Assembly: GCA_963770565.1 (NCBI GenBank)
Contig: CAVYQE010000011.1
Span: forward strand, 320,001-384,000
Direction of reading: 5' to 3'
DNA: 64,000 bases
Origin: an uncultured Actinomycetota bacterium
Lineage (GTDB): Bacteria; Actinomycetota; Actinomycetes; JAFAQI01
The first letter of the stretch is position 1. Each line of letters starts with the position of its first letter. The notes beneath the pieces are model-generated. The model saw nothing but the letters and a program-made list of their open reading frames with translations. It was not told the origin of the DNA and searched no databases. Both the position numbers and the translations under genes were made by a program. Of the stretch, positions 30,723-40,500 are shown piece after piece.

Positions 30723-32155
30723 CGACCGACGCGGCGGCGAGCGACCCCCCGGGCGCCGGCGGGTTGGTCGACCGGCACGTCAGTTTCATGGGGGCGCTGC
30801 GATCCGCGGGGCTGCCGGTCTCGGTGGCCGAGTCGCTCGACGCCGGCCGCGCGATGGCGGCCATCGACCTGCTCGAGCGCGAGCAGCTCCGAGCCGCGTA
30901 CGCCGCCACCGTGGTCAAGCACCCGGCGCACCGCCCGGCATTCGACCGGCTCTTCGACCTGTGGTGGCCGTCGGCGCTCGGTGACGGCGAGTCCGGGCGG
31001 GACGACTCGGAGAGCGGCAATCTTGACGACGCCGACCCGGCCGACCTCGCGGCGATGCGCGACCAGCTCCGCGACCGGCTTCGCGACGTGCTGCTCTCCG
31101 GCGACGCCGAGTCGCTGCGCCGGCTCGCCCGCGAAGCGGTGAACGGCCTCGGCCGCACCGAGGGCGGGCAGCCTGGACGGCAGTCGTGGTTCACCTACCG
31201 CGTGCTGCGCGCGCTCAACCCGGAGACGCTGATGGCCTCGCTGCTCGAGTCGGTCCTCCGCGGCCAGGAGCGCGGCGGCCTGGCCGAGAAGGTCGCCCGG
31301 CAGATGCTGACCGAGCGGATGAAGGCGTTCGAGGAGCTGGTCGAAGCCGAGGTACGACGCCGGCTCGCCGAGGAGCGCGGCGCCGAGGCAATCGCGAAGA
31401 CTGCGGTGAAACCGCTGATCGACCAGGTCGAGTTCCTGCGCGCGTCCCGCGACGACCTCGCCGCGCTGCGGCGCGAGGTCTACCCGATCGCGCGCCGGCT
31501 GGCCACCCGGTTGACCGCGCGCCGGCGGCTCGGTCGAAACGGCCGGCTCGACGTGCGTCGTACCGTCCGGGCGTCGCTGTCCACCGGCGGGGTGCCACTG
31601 ACCACGATCTTCCGGCCGCACAAGCCGCACAAGCCCGAGCTCGTCGTGCTCTGCGACGTCAGCGGCTCGGTGGCGGCCTTCGCGCACTTCACCTTGCTGC
31701 TCGCCTTCGCCTTGCGCGAGCAGTTCGCCAAGGTGCGGGTGTTCGCCTTCGTCGACAGCACGGACGAGGTCACTCGGTTCTTCGACCGCGGTGGTGACGT
31801 CGTCGATGCGCTGGCGCGGATGTCGTCCGAGGCCGACGTGGTCTGGTACGACGGCCACAGTGACTACGGCCACGCGTTCGAGGTCTTCGCCCAGAAGTGG
31901 CCCGACGCGGTGGGCCCGAAGACCTCACTGCTCGTGCTCGGCGACGCGCGCACCAACTACCGCGCACCGTCCCTGCCGGCGCTGCGCGGGATCGTGCGGC
32001 AGGCTCGGCACGCGTACTGGCTCAACCCGGAGCCGCGGCAGTACTGGTCGTCGGGCGACTCGGCCGCGGCGGTCTACGGCGAGGCGATGCCGATGCTCGA
32101 GTGCCGAAACGTGGCTCAACTGCAGCAGTTCGTCGAGGGTCTGCTCCCGGTCTAA
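30719..32155 (+). CDS. VWA domain protein (CoxE-like)
   Basis: MIDAS DVSGS, GHSDYG, LGDARTN, WLNPE. Confidence 0.9.
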   Translation: MTTDAAASDPPGAGGLVDRHVSFMGALRSAGLPVSVAESLDAGRAMAAIDLLEREQLRAAYAATVVKHPAHRPAFDRLFDLWWPSALGDGESGRDDSESGNLDDADPADLAAMRDQLRDRLRDVLLSGDAESLRRLAREAVNGLGRTEGGQPGRQSWFTYRVLRALNPETLMASLLESVLRGQERGGLAEKVARQMLTERMKAFEELVEAEVRRRLAEERGAEAIAKTAVKPLIDQVEFLRASRDDLAALRREVYPIARRLATRLTARRRLGRNGRLDVRRTVRASLSTGGVPLTTIFRPHKPHKPELVVLCDVSGSVAAFAHFTLLLAFALREQFAKVRVFAFVDSTDEVTRFFDRGGDVVDALARMSSEADVVWYDGHSDYGHAFEVFAQKWPDAVGPKTSLLVLGDARTNYRAPSLPALRGIVRQARHAYWLNPEPRQYWSSGDSAAAVYGEAMPMLECRNVAQLQQFVEGLLPV

Positions 32156-32184
32156 GCCGGGTTGCGCCGGTAGCCTTCGACAGT

Positions 32185-32796
32185 GTGAGCGCTCCCGGCG
32201 GTGAAGCGCGTCGGGTCGGAGTCATGGGTGGCACCTTCGATCCGGTGCACAACGGTCACTTGGTGGCGGCGAGCGAGGTAGCGAGCCGGTTCGCCCTCGA
32301 CGAGGTCGTGTTCGTCCCGACCGGCGAGCCGTGGCAGAAGACGACCCACCCGGTGTCGCCGGCCGAGGATCGCTATCTCATGACGGTGATCGCGACCGCC
32401 TCGAACCCGCGGTTCTCCGTCAGCCGGGTCGACATCGACCGCAATGGCCCGACGTACACGATCGACACCCTGCACGACCTGCGCAAGCAGTACGGCGACG
32501 CCACGGAGCTGTTCTTCATCACCGGCGCCGACGCGCTCGAGGCGATTCTCGGCTGGCACAAGTCGGAGGAGCTGTTCACGCTGGCGCACTTCGTCGGGGT
32601 GACCCGGCCGGGGCACCATTTGTCCGATCCGGGCTTCCCGGCCGGCGGGGTCAGCCTGGTCGAGGTGCCTGCCCTGGCGATCAGCTCGACGGATTGCCGG
32701 TTAAGGGTGGAGGCCGGAGAGCCGATCTGGTACCTCGTGTCGGATGGCGTCGTGCAATACATCTCGAAGCGCAACTTGTACGCGAAAGTTAGGTAA
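32185..32796 (+). CDS. nadD: Nicotinate-nucleotide adenylyltransferase
   Basis: [25 protein letters not shown]. Confidence 0.96.
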   Translation: MSAPGGEARRVGVMGGTFDPVHNGHLVAASEVASRFALDEVVFVPTGEPWQKTTHPVSPAEDRYLMTVIATASNPRFSVSRVDIDRNGPTYTIDTLHDLRKQYGDATELFFITGADALEAILGWHKSEELFTLAHFVGVTRPGHHLSDPGFPAGGVSLVEVPALAISSTDCRLRVEAGEPIWYLVSDGVVQYISKRNLYAKVR

Positions 32797-34508
32797 TGGC
32801 CGGTAAGCGGAGGAAGGGGAAGGACCCCGTTCCGTCGAGGCCGGCCGAGCCGCCGCCGGCGGCTCCGGAGCCGACTCCGCCCCCTCCGGCCGCAGCCCCA
32901 CCGCCGCCCACCGATAGCGAGCCGGCCCAGCCCGCACCGCCGGCGCCCACGTACCCGGAGCCGGTCGTGCCGCCGCCGGCGCCGCCACCGGCGCCCGAAC
33001 CACCATTGCCGCCGCCACCGGCGCCGCCACCGGCGCCCGAACCACCACCGCCACCGCCACCGCCACCGCCGCCACCCGAACCACCATTGCCGCCACCACC
33101 TTTGCCGCCACCGGCGCCCGAACCACCATTGCCGCCACCGGCGCCCGAACCACCATTGCCGCCGCTACCGCCGCCACCCGTGATCCCTCCGGCGAACCCG
33201 CCTACGAGCGGGTTCGCCACGTATCCGGGGGCTGCGACGGCGTTCGAGTCGCCCACGCCTCCGGCGACGCCGCCGGTCGTGATGGCGCCGCCGGTGACTC
33301 GTCGCCAGGCCCGCCAGGCGCGCCGGCGGCAGCAACACCGCCGGATCGGCTTGCTCGGCGGCGTGGCGATCGCGGTCGCTGCGATCGTGATCATCAGCGC
33401 CATCGCCTTCGGCGTGCACAAGGTTGAGACCAGCTCGCACGGCTCCACCCGGTCCCAGGCGACCTTGCTGATGCAGGTCCAGGGCTCGGACCGGACGGCC
33501 GCGGCAAGCGTGCTGCTCGCGCACAACTCGGCGACCAAGTCCGGCGTCGTCGTGCTGGTGCCGCCCCGGGTGATCAGTCAGGTCTGTGGTTACGGCTCGC
33601 AGAACTTCGGCGACATCCTCGCGTTGCCCAACGGCCCGGTGCTGTCCCGACAGACGATGTCGATGATGCTCAACGATGTCACGGTGGATGGCTCGTGGGT
33701 GCTGTCCGAGGCGCAGCTCGCCAAGCTGATCGACGTCTATGGCGGGATCACCGTCGACGTCGACACCAACGTCGTCAGGCGCACCAGTGGCGGCGGCGGG
33801 CAGATCCTGATCCCGGCCGGGACCAACGAGCACCTCGACGGCGCGAAGGCGGTCGAGTACGCGCTCTACTCGTCCTCGCCACAGACCGGTGGTCCGGCGC
33901 AGCTGACCCGGCTCAATCGGGTAGTGGCTGCTCTGCTGCAGGTACTGCCGACCGACCCCACGCCGATCGCGGCCTCGCTGCGCCAGCTCGGACCGAGTGG
34001 CACGTCGACCCTTGGCGTGGACAAGCTCTCGACCATGTTGGCCGGGCTGGCCAGCGACAGTCGCAAGGCCGCTGGTGTGTTCCCCACCGACCTTCCGGTC
34101 ACCCCGATCGACGCGGGCGGGTTGAGCCCGTCGTACCGGATCGACGACTCCGCGTCCGGAGTTCCGCAGCTCGTGCACAACCAGCTGGCCGACTCGCTGC
34201 CGGCCGGCGCCAACCGGCCGCGCTCGAGTGTGTTGCTGCTCAACGGCGTCGGTACGCCGGGCCTGGTCCTGAGCGCCTGCGCCCGGTTGTCCGCGCGCGG
34301 CTACAGCTATGCGGGCAGCGGCAATGCGGCGAACTTCAACAACCCGACGTCGAGCGTCGTGATCAAGTCGGACTCCGATGCCAACGTGGCGCTCGGCGAT
34401 GCGGTCGCCAAGGCGCTCGGGCTGTCGAGCGGCGACGTGGTGCACAGCACGGAGAACCAGGACGTGGCTGACGTGGTCGTGATCCTCGGCAAGGACTACC
34501 ACCCGTAG
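32796..34508 (+). CDS. LCP-family/LytR C-terminal domain membrane protein with a Pro-rich N-terminus
   Basis: Pro-rich tract, single TM, LIDVYGGITVDV and HLDGAKAVEY (LCP-like), VLLLNGVGTPGL...DVVVILGKDY (LytR_C). Confidence 0.8.
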   Translation: MAGKRRKGKDPVPSRPAEPPPAAPEPTPPPPAAAPPPPTDSEPAQPAPPAPTYPEPVVPPPAPPPAPEPPLPPPPAPPPAPEPPPPPPPPPPPPEPPLPPPPLPPPAPEPPLPPPAPEPPLPPLPPPPVIPPANPPTSGFATYPGAATAFESPTPPATPPVVMAPPVTRRQARQARRRQQHRRIGLLGGVAIAVAAIVIISAIAFGVHKVETSSHGSTRSQATLLMQVQGSDRTAAASVLLAHNSATKSGVVVLVPPRVISQVCGYGSQNFGDILALPNGPVLSRQTMSMMLNDVTVDGSWVLSEAQLAKLIDVYGGITVDVDTNVVRRTSGGGGQILIPAGTNEHLDGAKAVEYALYSSSPQTGGPAQLTRLNRVVAALLQVLPTDPTPIAASLRQLGPSGTSTLGVDKLSTMLAGLASDSRKAAGVFPTDLPVTPIDAGGLSPSYRIDDSASGVPQLVHNQLADSLPAGANRPRSSVLLLNGVGTPGLVLSACARLSARGYSYAGSGNAANFNNPTSSVVIKSDSDANVALGDAVAKALGLSSGDVVHSTENQDVADVVVILGKDYHP

Positions 34509-34575
34509 GCTCGATCCCGCTGCGTCGTGGCAGGCTAGAGATGCCGGATTGCCCCCGATTGACCAGAGGATCGAT

Positions 34576-34953
34576 TTGACTGCAACTGCCCGAAGCGTCG
34601 AACTCGCCGAGGCCGCCGTGAGCGCGGCCGCCGACAAGCTGGCGACCGACCTCGAGATCGTTGACGTCAGCGACCACCTGGCGATCACCGACTGCTTCGT
34701 GCTGGCCGCGGCCACCAACGAGCGGCAGGTCAAGGCGGTGGTGGAGGCGATCGAGGAGCGGCTGCTGACCCTCGGTGCCAAGCCGGTACGCCGCGAGGGC
34801 GAACGCGAGGGGCGCTGGGTGCTGCTCGACTACATCGACATCGTGGTTCACGTGCAGCACAGCGAGGAGCGGGTCTTCTACTCCTTGGAACGGCTGTGGA
34901 AGGACTGCCCGTCGCTTCCGCTGCCTGCTGACGCGCTTCCGCCCGCCTCGTGA
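34576..34953 (+). CDS. rsfS: Ribosome silencing factor
   Basis: AAADKLA, TDCFV, NERQV, WVLLDYIDIVVH, YSLERLW. Confidence 0.95.
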   Translation: MTATARSVELAEAAVSAAADKLATDLEIVDVSDHLAITDCFVLAAATNERQVKAVVEAIEERLLTLGAKPVRREGEREGRWVLLDYIDIVVHVQHSEERVFYSLERLWKDCPSLPLPADALPPAS

Positions 34954-35591
34954 GCCAGCTGCGCCGCGTCGTGCTGCTCCGCCATGGCCGGACGGAGTGG
35001 AATGCGACCGGTCGCTTCCAGGGCCAGCTCGACTCACCGCTGGACGGGATCGGCCGGGCGCAGGCGCTGGCCGCGGCGATCGCGGTCGCGCCGATGACGC
35101 CGGACGCAATGGTCACCTCGGATCTAGCCCGGGCGCTCGACACCGCCGTCGCGGTCGGTGCGGAGGCGGGCCTCGACCCGGTCGCGGACCCGAGGCTGCG
35201 TGAGATCGATCTCGGCGAGTGGCAGGGTCTGACCCGGGCGGAGGCACGGGCCCGGTTCCCGGTCGAGTACGCGAGCTGGCAGGCCGGTGAGGACAGCCGC
35301 AGGGGCGCGGGGGAGACCTACGCCGAGGTCGGGGCCCGGGCCGCCGAGTGCGTCTTCGAGTGGCTGGACCGGCTGGGTCCCGGCTCGCTGCTGGTCGCGG
35401 TCACCCACGGTGGCACCGCGCGGGCCACGATCGGGACCCTGCTCGGCATGGAGCCGGACACCTGGTGGCGACTTGCGCCACTGTCGAACTGCCGGTGGTC
35501 CCTACTCGCCGACATGGGTCGCGGCTGGCGGCTGGAAGAGCACAACGCGGGCAGCCCGCCGGAGGAGGAGACCGGGGACGACGCCCGGTAG
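34950..35591 (+). CDS. Histidine phosphatase (phosphoglycerate mutase family; syntenic with mycobacterial GpgP)
   Basis: LLRHGRT, SDLARA, LREIDLGEW, VTHGG. Confidence 0.9.
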   Translation: MSQLRRVVLLRHGRTEWNATGRFQGQLDSPLDGIGRAQALAAAIAVAPMTPDAMVTSDLARALDTAVAVGAEAGLDPVADPRLREIDLGEWQGLTRAEARARFPVEYASWQAGEDSRRGAGETYAEVGARAAECVFEWLDRLGPGSLLVAVTHGGTARATIGTLLGMEPDTWWRLAPLSNCRWSLLADMGRGWRLEEHNAGSPPEEETGDDAR

Positions 35592-35676
35592 GCCCCGGGC
35601 CAGGAGAGTTCCAGAATCGGTTGCGACCGCACGTGATCGGTGCAAGCATCTGGCCAGCCGGGTCTAAGGGGGTCTG

Positions 35677-36762
35677 ATGAGCATGTCGTGGCGTCGGAAG
35701 ACGATCGGATCGGCCGCGATCGTCGTACTTGTTGCAGGGTCCGCGGTCGCTAGCTTGCCTGCTTCGGCGGGGGCGCGGGCCGTCCAGGCGAGGCCGAGCG
35801 CGGCGAAAGTCACCGGGCTGAGCTTCGATCCTGCGATCCAGACCATCCTGTCGAACACACACAAGAAGCTGCAGGTACGGCTTTTCGCGTCGGAGAGCAT
35901 CGAGTCCACGGGTTCGGCGACGTCGGCCGGCGTGACGGTGTCCCGCAACGGCGTGCCCGAGACTCACAACTGGAACTTCAGCCTCACCAACGGCACGTTG
36001 ACGTTCAATCCGGCCACCGGCAAGGGCTCGCTGAAGACGAAGAAGGAGCTCTTGCCCTACGCGATGGCGACCCTCTCGCTGAAGGCCACCGGCAAGAAGC
36101 AGACCACCAAGTGCGGCACCCAGAAGACGATCGACCAGCCGGTGAAGGTCAGCGGCACATTCTGGTTCGACACCCGGTCCGGCAAGCACGGGTGGGGCAA
36201 GGTCACGAGCAAGCACCTGTCGGGCAAGACCTTCGTGATCTACGAGATCGGCAAGCCGGGCACTTGCGGCGGGGGCTTTGTCTTCCCGTGCGGTGCGGGT
36301 CTGGACTGGGATGTGTTCCACAGCCAGACCGGGACCATCAACCAGACTTCGTTCAGCGGCTCGATCGTGAAGGTCGGCAAGAAGACCTTGCGGACGATCT
36401 TCGCCAGTCGCAACACCCAGCTGAGCAAGCCGAAGAACGCGTCGCGGGGTGATGAGACCGAAGTCGCCGACAACAACCAGGTCTTCAAGGTCTCCAAGGC
36501 GGGCCTGGCCACCCTCACCGTCAAGGGCGTAGGTCCGCTGAGCGGTTCAGCGACGCTGTCCAGTTCGCTGCCGGGTGAGACCGGCTCGCCCGAGAGCTGC
36601 GGCAAGTCGGGCCACACCGAGACCTCGACCGACTGGCAGGTGGCCTACACGAATGGAAAGTCGCCGCTTGAGGTCCACGAGCAGATCGAAGGCGCCTACA
36701 AGGTGCCGAACATCGGTAGCGACAGCTTCGAGAACTCGATCGACAAGACCGTCGTCAACTGA
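35677..36762 (+). CDS. Secreted hypothetical protein (Lys/Ser/Thr-rich, several Cys)
   Basis: Signal peptide (WRRK + hydrophobic stretch + ASA), GC3-biased codons. Confidence 0.7.
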   Translation: MSMSWRRKTIGSAAIVVLVAGSAVASLPASAGARAVQARPSAAKVTGLSFDPAIQTILSNTHKKLQVRLFASESIESTGSATSAGVTVSRNGVPETHNWNFSLTNGTLTFNPATGKGSLKTKKELLPYAMATLSLKATGKKQTTKCGTQKTIDQPVKVSGTFWFDTRSGKHGWGKVTSKHLSGKTFVIYEIGKPGTCGGGFVFPCGAGLDWDVFHSQTGTINQTSFSGSIVKVGKKTLRTIFASRNTQLSKPKNASRGDETEVADNNQVFKVSKAGLATLTVKGVGPLSGSATLSSSLPGETGSPESCGKSGHTETSTDWQVAYTNGKSPLEVHEQIEGAYKVPNIGSDSFENSIDKTVVN

Positions 36763-36809
36763 GCACCGGCCGTAGGCCTCGGCGGCGTCTGTAGACTGGG
36801 CGCCGCTTT

Positions 36810-36882
36810 GGGGCTGTGGCGCAGCTGGTAGCGCACTTGCATGGCATGCAAGGGGTCAGGGGTTCGAATCCCCTCAGCTCCA
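36810..36882 (+). tRNA. tRNA-Ala (GGC)
   Basis: GGGGCTGTGGCGCAGCTGGTAGCGCACTTGCATGGCATGCAAGGGGTCAGGGGTTCGAATCCCCTCAGCTCCA; anticodon GGC. Confidence 0.95.
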
Positions 36883-36914
36883 CTCGACCGTGGGTTCGTG
36901 GACCGTTGGACGCT

Positions 36915-36979
36915 GATCTTCGCGCTCGTGACCGTTTTTCGCACGACCCGCCGCAGAAGTGGTCACGAGCACGAAGATC
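36915..36979. repeat. 65-bp inverted-repeat element with GATC ends
   Basis: GATCTTCGCGCTCGTGACC-N27-GGTCACGAGCACGAAGATC (19-bp arms, 1 mismatch). Confidence 0.7.
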
Positions 36980-37059
36980 TGGAGTCGCGTTCCACCGTGG
37001 GGTGGGTTAGCTGAGTTCGCGAACCTTGAGGGTGTCGACAGGCCGACCGAACGGTCCGG

Positions 37060-38646
37060 CTAGTGGTGCTGGGTGAAACCGAGAGTCGCGATCGGCCCGG
37101 CACCGGAGTTGTTGCGGGCCCGCACCTCCACCAAGTAGGTCTGGCCCTTGAACAGTCCCGTTCGGCTGGCGTGGCGGCGGAGCCCGGTGCTGGCCCAGCC
37201 GGTCCAGGTGTGTCCGTTGTTGGGTGACCAGCGGATCTGGTAGGAGCTGATCGGCGCACTGCCGTGAAAGGCCGGTGCCCGCCAACTCAGGGTGGCCGAT
37301 CCCGGGTGCGGGAAGGTCACCTTCAGGGTTCGGGGTGCGGTGGAGGTGCCGACAATGACCGCGGGTGAGGTGATGGATGGCGGTCCGGTGCCGATCGCGT
37401 TCTGACCTGTGACGACGAACCGGTAGTGGCTTCTGTTCTTCAGTCCGCGCACCGTGCAGTGCAATGTCCCGGTGCTGACGCACTGCTGGCCGCCCGGGGT
37501 CGCAGTAACCCGGTAGCCGGTGATGGCGGCCGCACCGGGGGCTGTCGGCGGCGCCCAGCTCACGACCGCGGCCTTCGCCCGTGGGCTTGCGCTCACCGTG
37601 CGGGGCGCGGACGGCACCCCGGTGGTGATCCGTGCCACCGAGCTATCGACGAACTCGGTGAACCACATGTTCCCGTCCGGTCCCGCCGCGATTCCGGCCG
37701 GACGGCTGGCGGCGGCAATCCCGGTACTGAACTCCTTCACCTTTCCCTTCGGGGTGATCCGCGCGACCTGGCCATCGTTGAACTCGGTGAACCACAAGTT
37801 TCCGTCCGGCCCCGCCGCGATGCCTCGCGGATTGCTGTTCGAGGTGATGCCGGTGCTGAACTCGGTGATCGTGCCCACCGCCGATGAGACGCCGGTGGTG
37901 ATCCGCCCGACCCGGTTGCCGTTGAACTCGGTGAACCACATGTTTCCGTCCGGCCCCGCCGCGATCTCGCTCACGCCGCTGGCGGCCGTGATCCCGGCGC
38001 TGTACTCCGTGACCTTCCCGCGGGGGGTGATCCGCCCGATCTGGTCACTGGCGGTTTGGGTGAACCACAGGTTGCCGTCCGGTCCTGCCGCGATCCCGTC
38101 CGGTTCGCTCGCCGCGGTGATCCCGGCGCTGTACTCCGTGACCTTCCCGTGGGGGGTGATCCGCCCGATCTGGTCACTGGCGGTTTGGGTGAACCACAGG
38201 TTGCCGTCGGGACCTGCCGTGATCCCCATCAGGCCGCTCGTCGTGGTGATCCCGGCGCTGTACTCGGTCACCTTCCCGTGGGGGGTGATCCGCCCGATCT
38301 GGTCACTGTCCTGCTGGGTGAACCACAGGTCGCCGTCCGGTCCGGCCGCGATCCCTTGCAGGAAGCTGTGCGCCGTGATCCCGGCGCCGAACTCCGTCAC
38401 CTTCCCGTTGGGGGTGATCCGCCCGACCTGGTTGGTGGCTCGCTGGATGAACCACAGGTTGCCGCCCGGTCCTGCCGCGATCTCGACCGGCGCGCTTGCG
38501 GCGGTGATCCCGGTGCTGAACTCGGTGACCGTGCCTGGCGAGGTGTAGGTCACCGCGACCGCCGGACCCGCTGACTCGGCCCCACCGATCACTGCCGCCA
38601 CCGCCATCAGCAGGGCGGCGCCTGACCTGCGCCCGCGAGCCACCAT
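37060..38646 (-). CDS. Secreted Vgb-like beta-propeller + 2 fibronectin type III domains (paralog 3)
   Basis: Signal peptide, repeated GIAAGPDGNLWFT...IGRITP.GKVTE blades, then two FN3 domains (W..P...Y.V, GL...Y...V.A.N..G.G). Confidence 0.85.
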   Translation of the reverse strand: MVARGRRSGAALLMAVAAVIGGAESAGPAVAVTYTSPGTVTEFSTGITAASAPVEIAAGPGGNLWFIQRATNQVGRITPNGKVTEFGAGITAHSFLQGIAAGPDGDLWFTQQDSDQIGRITPHGKVTEYSAGITTTSGLMGITAGPDGNLWFTQTASDQIGRITPHGKVTEYSAGITAASEPDGIAAGPDGNLWFTQTASDQIGRITPRGKVTEYSAGITAASGVSEIAAGPDGNMWFTEFNGNRVGRITTGVSSAVGTITEFSTGITSNSNPRGIAAGPDGNLWFTEFNDGQVARITPKGKVKEFSTGIAAASRPAGIAAGPDGNMWFTEFVDSSVARITTGVPSAPRTVSASPRAKAAVVSWAPPTAPGAAAITGYRVTATPGGQQCVSTGTLHCTVRGLKNRSHYRFVVTGQNAIGTGPPSITSPAVIVGTSTAPRTLKVTFPHPGSATLSWRAPAFHGSAPISSYQIRWSPNNGHTWTGWASTGLRRHASRTGLFKGQTYLVEVRARNNSGAGPIATLGFTQHH

Positions 38647-38734
38647 CGCCGTGCCCCTTTCAGCCGCCAACGTCTCCGCTGGGATGCCTTGGGTGGGAAT
38701 TCGTGACACTCGCTCGTCGATCCATCGTTGGTCG

Positions 38735-40360
38735 TTAGTGCGGTTGAGTGAAGGCGACGGTCGCGACCGGTCCGGCACCGGAGTGGTTGCGGGCCCGGAC
38801 CTCCACGAGGTAGGCCTGGCCTTTGAACAGTCCGGTTCGGCTGCCGTGCCGGCGCAGTTTGGTGTTGGCCCATGCGTTCCAGGTGTGCCCGTTGTTGAAC
38901 GACCAGCGGATCTGATACGAGCTGATCGCACCGCTGCCGTGAAAGGCTGGCGCCCGCCATGTCACGCTGGCTGCTCCGGCGTACGGGAAGTTCACCTTCA
39001 GAGTGCGGGGCACGCTCGGGGTGCCGGCGATGACCGCGGCCGATTGGGCGGACGCCGGCCCGGTGCCAACCGCGTTGTGGGCGGTGACGCGGAACCGGTA
39101 GCTGGTCCCGTTCTTCAGGCCGTGCACCGTGCAGCGATCTGCCCCGGTGCTGACACAGCTGTGCCCGCCGGGGGTGGCGGTGACCAGGTAGCGGCTGATC
39201 GCGATCGCACCCGGGTTTGTTGGCGCCGCCCAGGTCACAACCTCTGATGTCGACCGTGGACTTGCCTTCACCGCACGCGGCGAGGACGGCACCCCGGTGG
39301 TGATCCGCCCGATCTCGTCGACGACGTCCTCGTTGCCCGGCTGGATAAACCACATGCTTCCGTCCGGACCGGCGGCAATGTCATCCGAAGTGCTGTGCGC
39401 GGCAATCCCCTTGCTGTACTCGGTCACTTTCCCGGTCGGGGTGATCTGCGCGACCTGGCCACTCGACCGCTCGGTGAACCACATGCTTCCGTCGGCGCCC
39501 GCGGCGATCCCGAGGGGTTCACTGCCCGCGGTGATGCCCGCGCCGAACTCCTTGACTTTGCCTGCCGCTGACGAGACACCGGTGCTGATCCGCCCGATCC
39601 GGTCAGTACCGAATTCGGTGAACCACATGCTTCCGTCCGGACCCGCCGCGATCCGAAAAATGTCGGCCCCCGCCGTGATCCCGGTGCTGAACTCCTTGAC
39701 TTTGCCTGCCGCTGACGAGACACCCGTGGTGATCCGCCCGATCCGGTCAGCACCGAACTCGGTGAACCACATGTTTCCGTCCGGGCCCGCCGCGATGCCG
39801 ATCGGAACGCTACCCGGGGTGATGCCGTTGCTGAACTCCGTCACCTTCCCCGTCGGCGTGATCCGCCCGACTTCGTTACTGCCCTGCTGGGTGAACCACA
39901 TGTTTCCGTCCGGACCCGCCGCGATCCCGACCGGATCACTGTCCGCGGTGATGTTGGTGTGGAACTCCGTGACCTTCCCGGTCGGCGTGATCCGCCCGAT
40001 CTGATCTGCGTCGGACTCGGTGAACCACATGTTTCCGTCCGGACCTGCCGCGATCCCGCCTGGTCCGCTGGCCGCGGTGATGCCGTTGCTGAACTCGGTC
40101 ACCTTCCCGGTAGGGGTCATCCGACCGACCTGGTCACTGTCCTGCTGGGTGAACCACACGTCACGGTCCGCACCGGCCGCGACCCCCGACGGGTAGCTGC
40201 TGACGATACTGATCACTTTGCTGATGTTGAACTCCGTCACCGTTCCCACCGGAGTGAACGTCACCGCGGTCGCCGGGCCCACCGACCCGGCCACGCCGAT
40301 CGCCGCGATCACCGCCAGTGTTGCCACTCTCGGAGCTGACGTGCGCGCGCCTGTCGCCAT
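38735..40360 (-). CDS. Secreted Vgb-like beta-propeller + 2 FN3 domains (paralog 2)
   Basis: Same architecture; RBS AAAGGGGG upstream of ATG 40360. Confidence 0.85.
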   Translation of the reverse strand: MATGARTSAPRVATLAVIAAIGVAGSVGPATAVTFTPVGTVTEFNISKVISIVSSYPSGVAAGADRDVWFTQQDSDQVGRMTPTGKVTEFSNGITAASGPGGIAAGPDGNMWFTESDADQIGRITPTGKVTEFHTNITADSDPVGIAAGPDGNMWFTQQGSNEVGRITPTGKVTEFSNGITPGSVPIGIAAGPDGNMWFTEFGADRIGRITTGVSSAAGKVKEFSTGITAGADIFRIAAGPDGSMWFTEFGTDRIGRISTGVSSAAGKVKEFGAGITAGSEPLGIAAGADGSMWFTERSSGQVAQITPTGKVTEYSKGIAAHSTSDDIAAGPDGSMWFIQPGNEDVVDEIGRITTGVPSSPRAVKASPRSTSEVVTWAAPTNPGAIAISRYLVTATPGGHSCVSTGADRCTVHGLKNGTSYRFRVTAHNAVGTGPASAQSAAVIAGTPSVPRTLKVNFPYAGAASVTWRAPAFHGSGAISSYQIRWSFNNGHTWNAWANTKLRRHGSRTGLFKGQAYLVEVRARNHSGAGPVATVAFTQPH

Positions 40361-40500
40361 GCTGTGCCCCCTTTCGACCGCCACCCGCAGCCCCCACCCG
40401 GGTGCGGCGATCAATTTCGAGCCTCAATGATCCGGCGACAGGCGATTCATACCAGCAGGACCGCTCTGTCGGAAAGCCCGGTCGAGCGACCGGCCGTCGG

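Noticed and set aside
29862-32155. CO dehydrogenase (cox) cluster
   Set aside because: Only the MoxR/VWA pair is present, in the proA-nadD context also found in mycobacteria; no coxLMS.
32789-33538. Gly-rich PE_PGRS-like ORF on the minus strand
   Set aside because: Antisense shadow of the polyproline tract; no PE domain.
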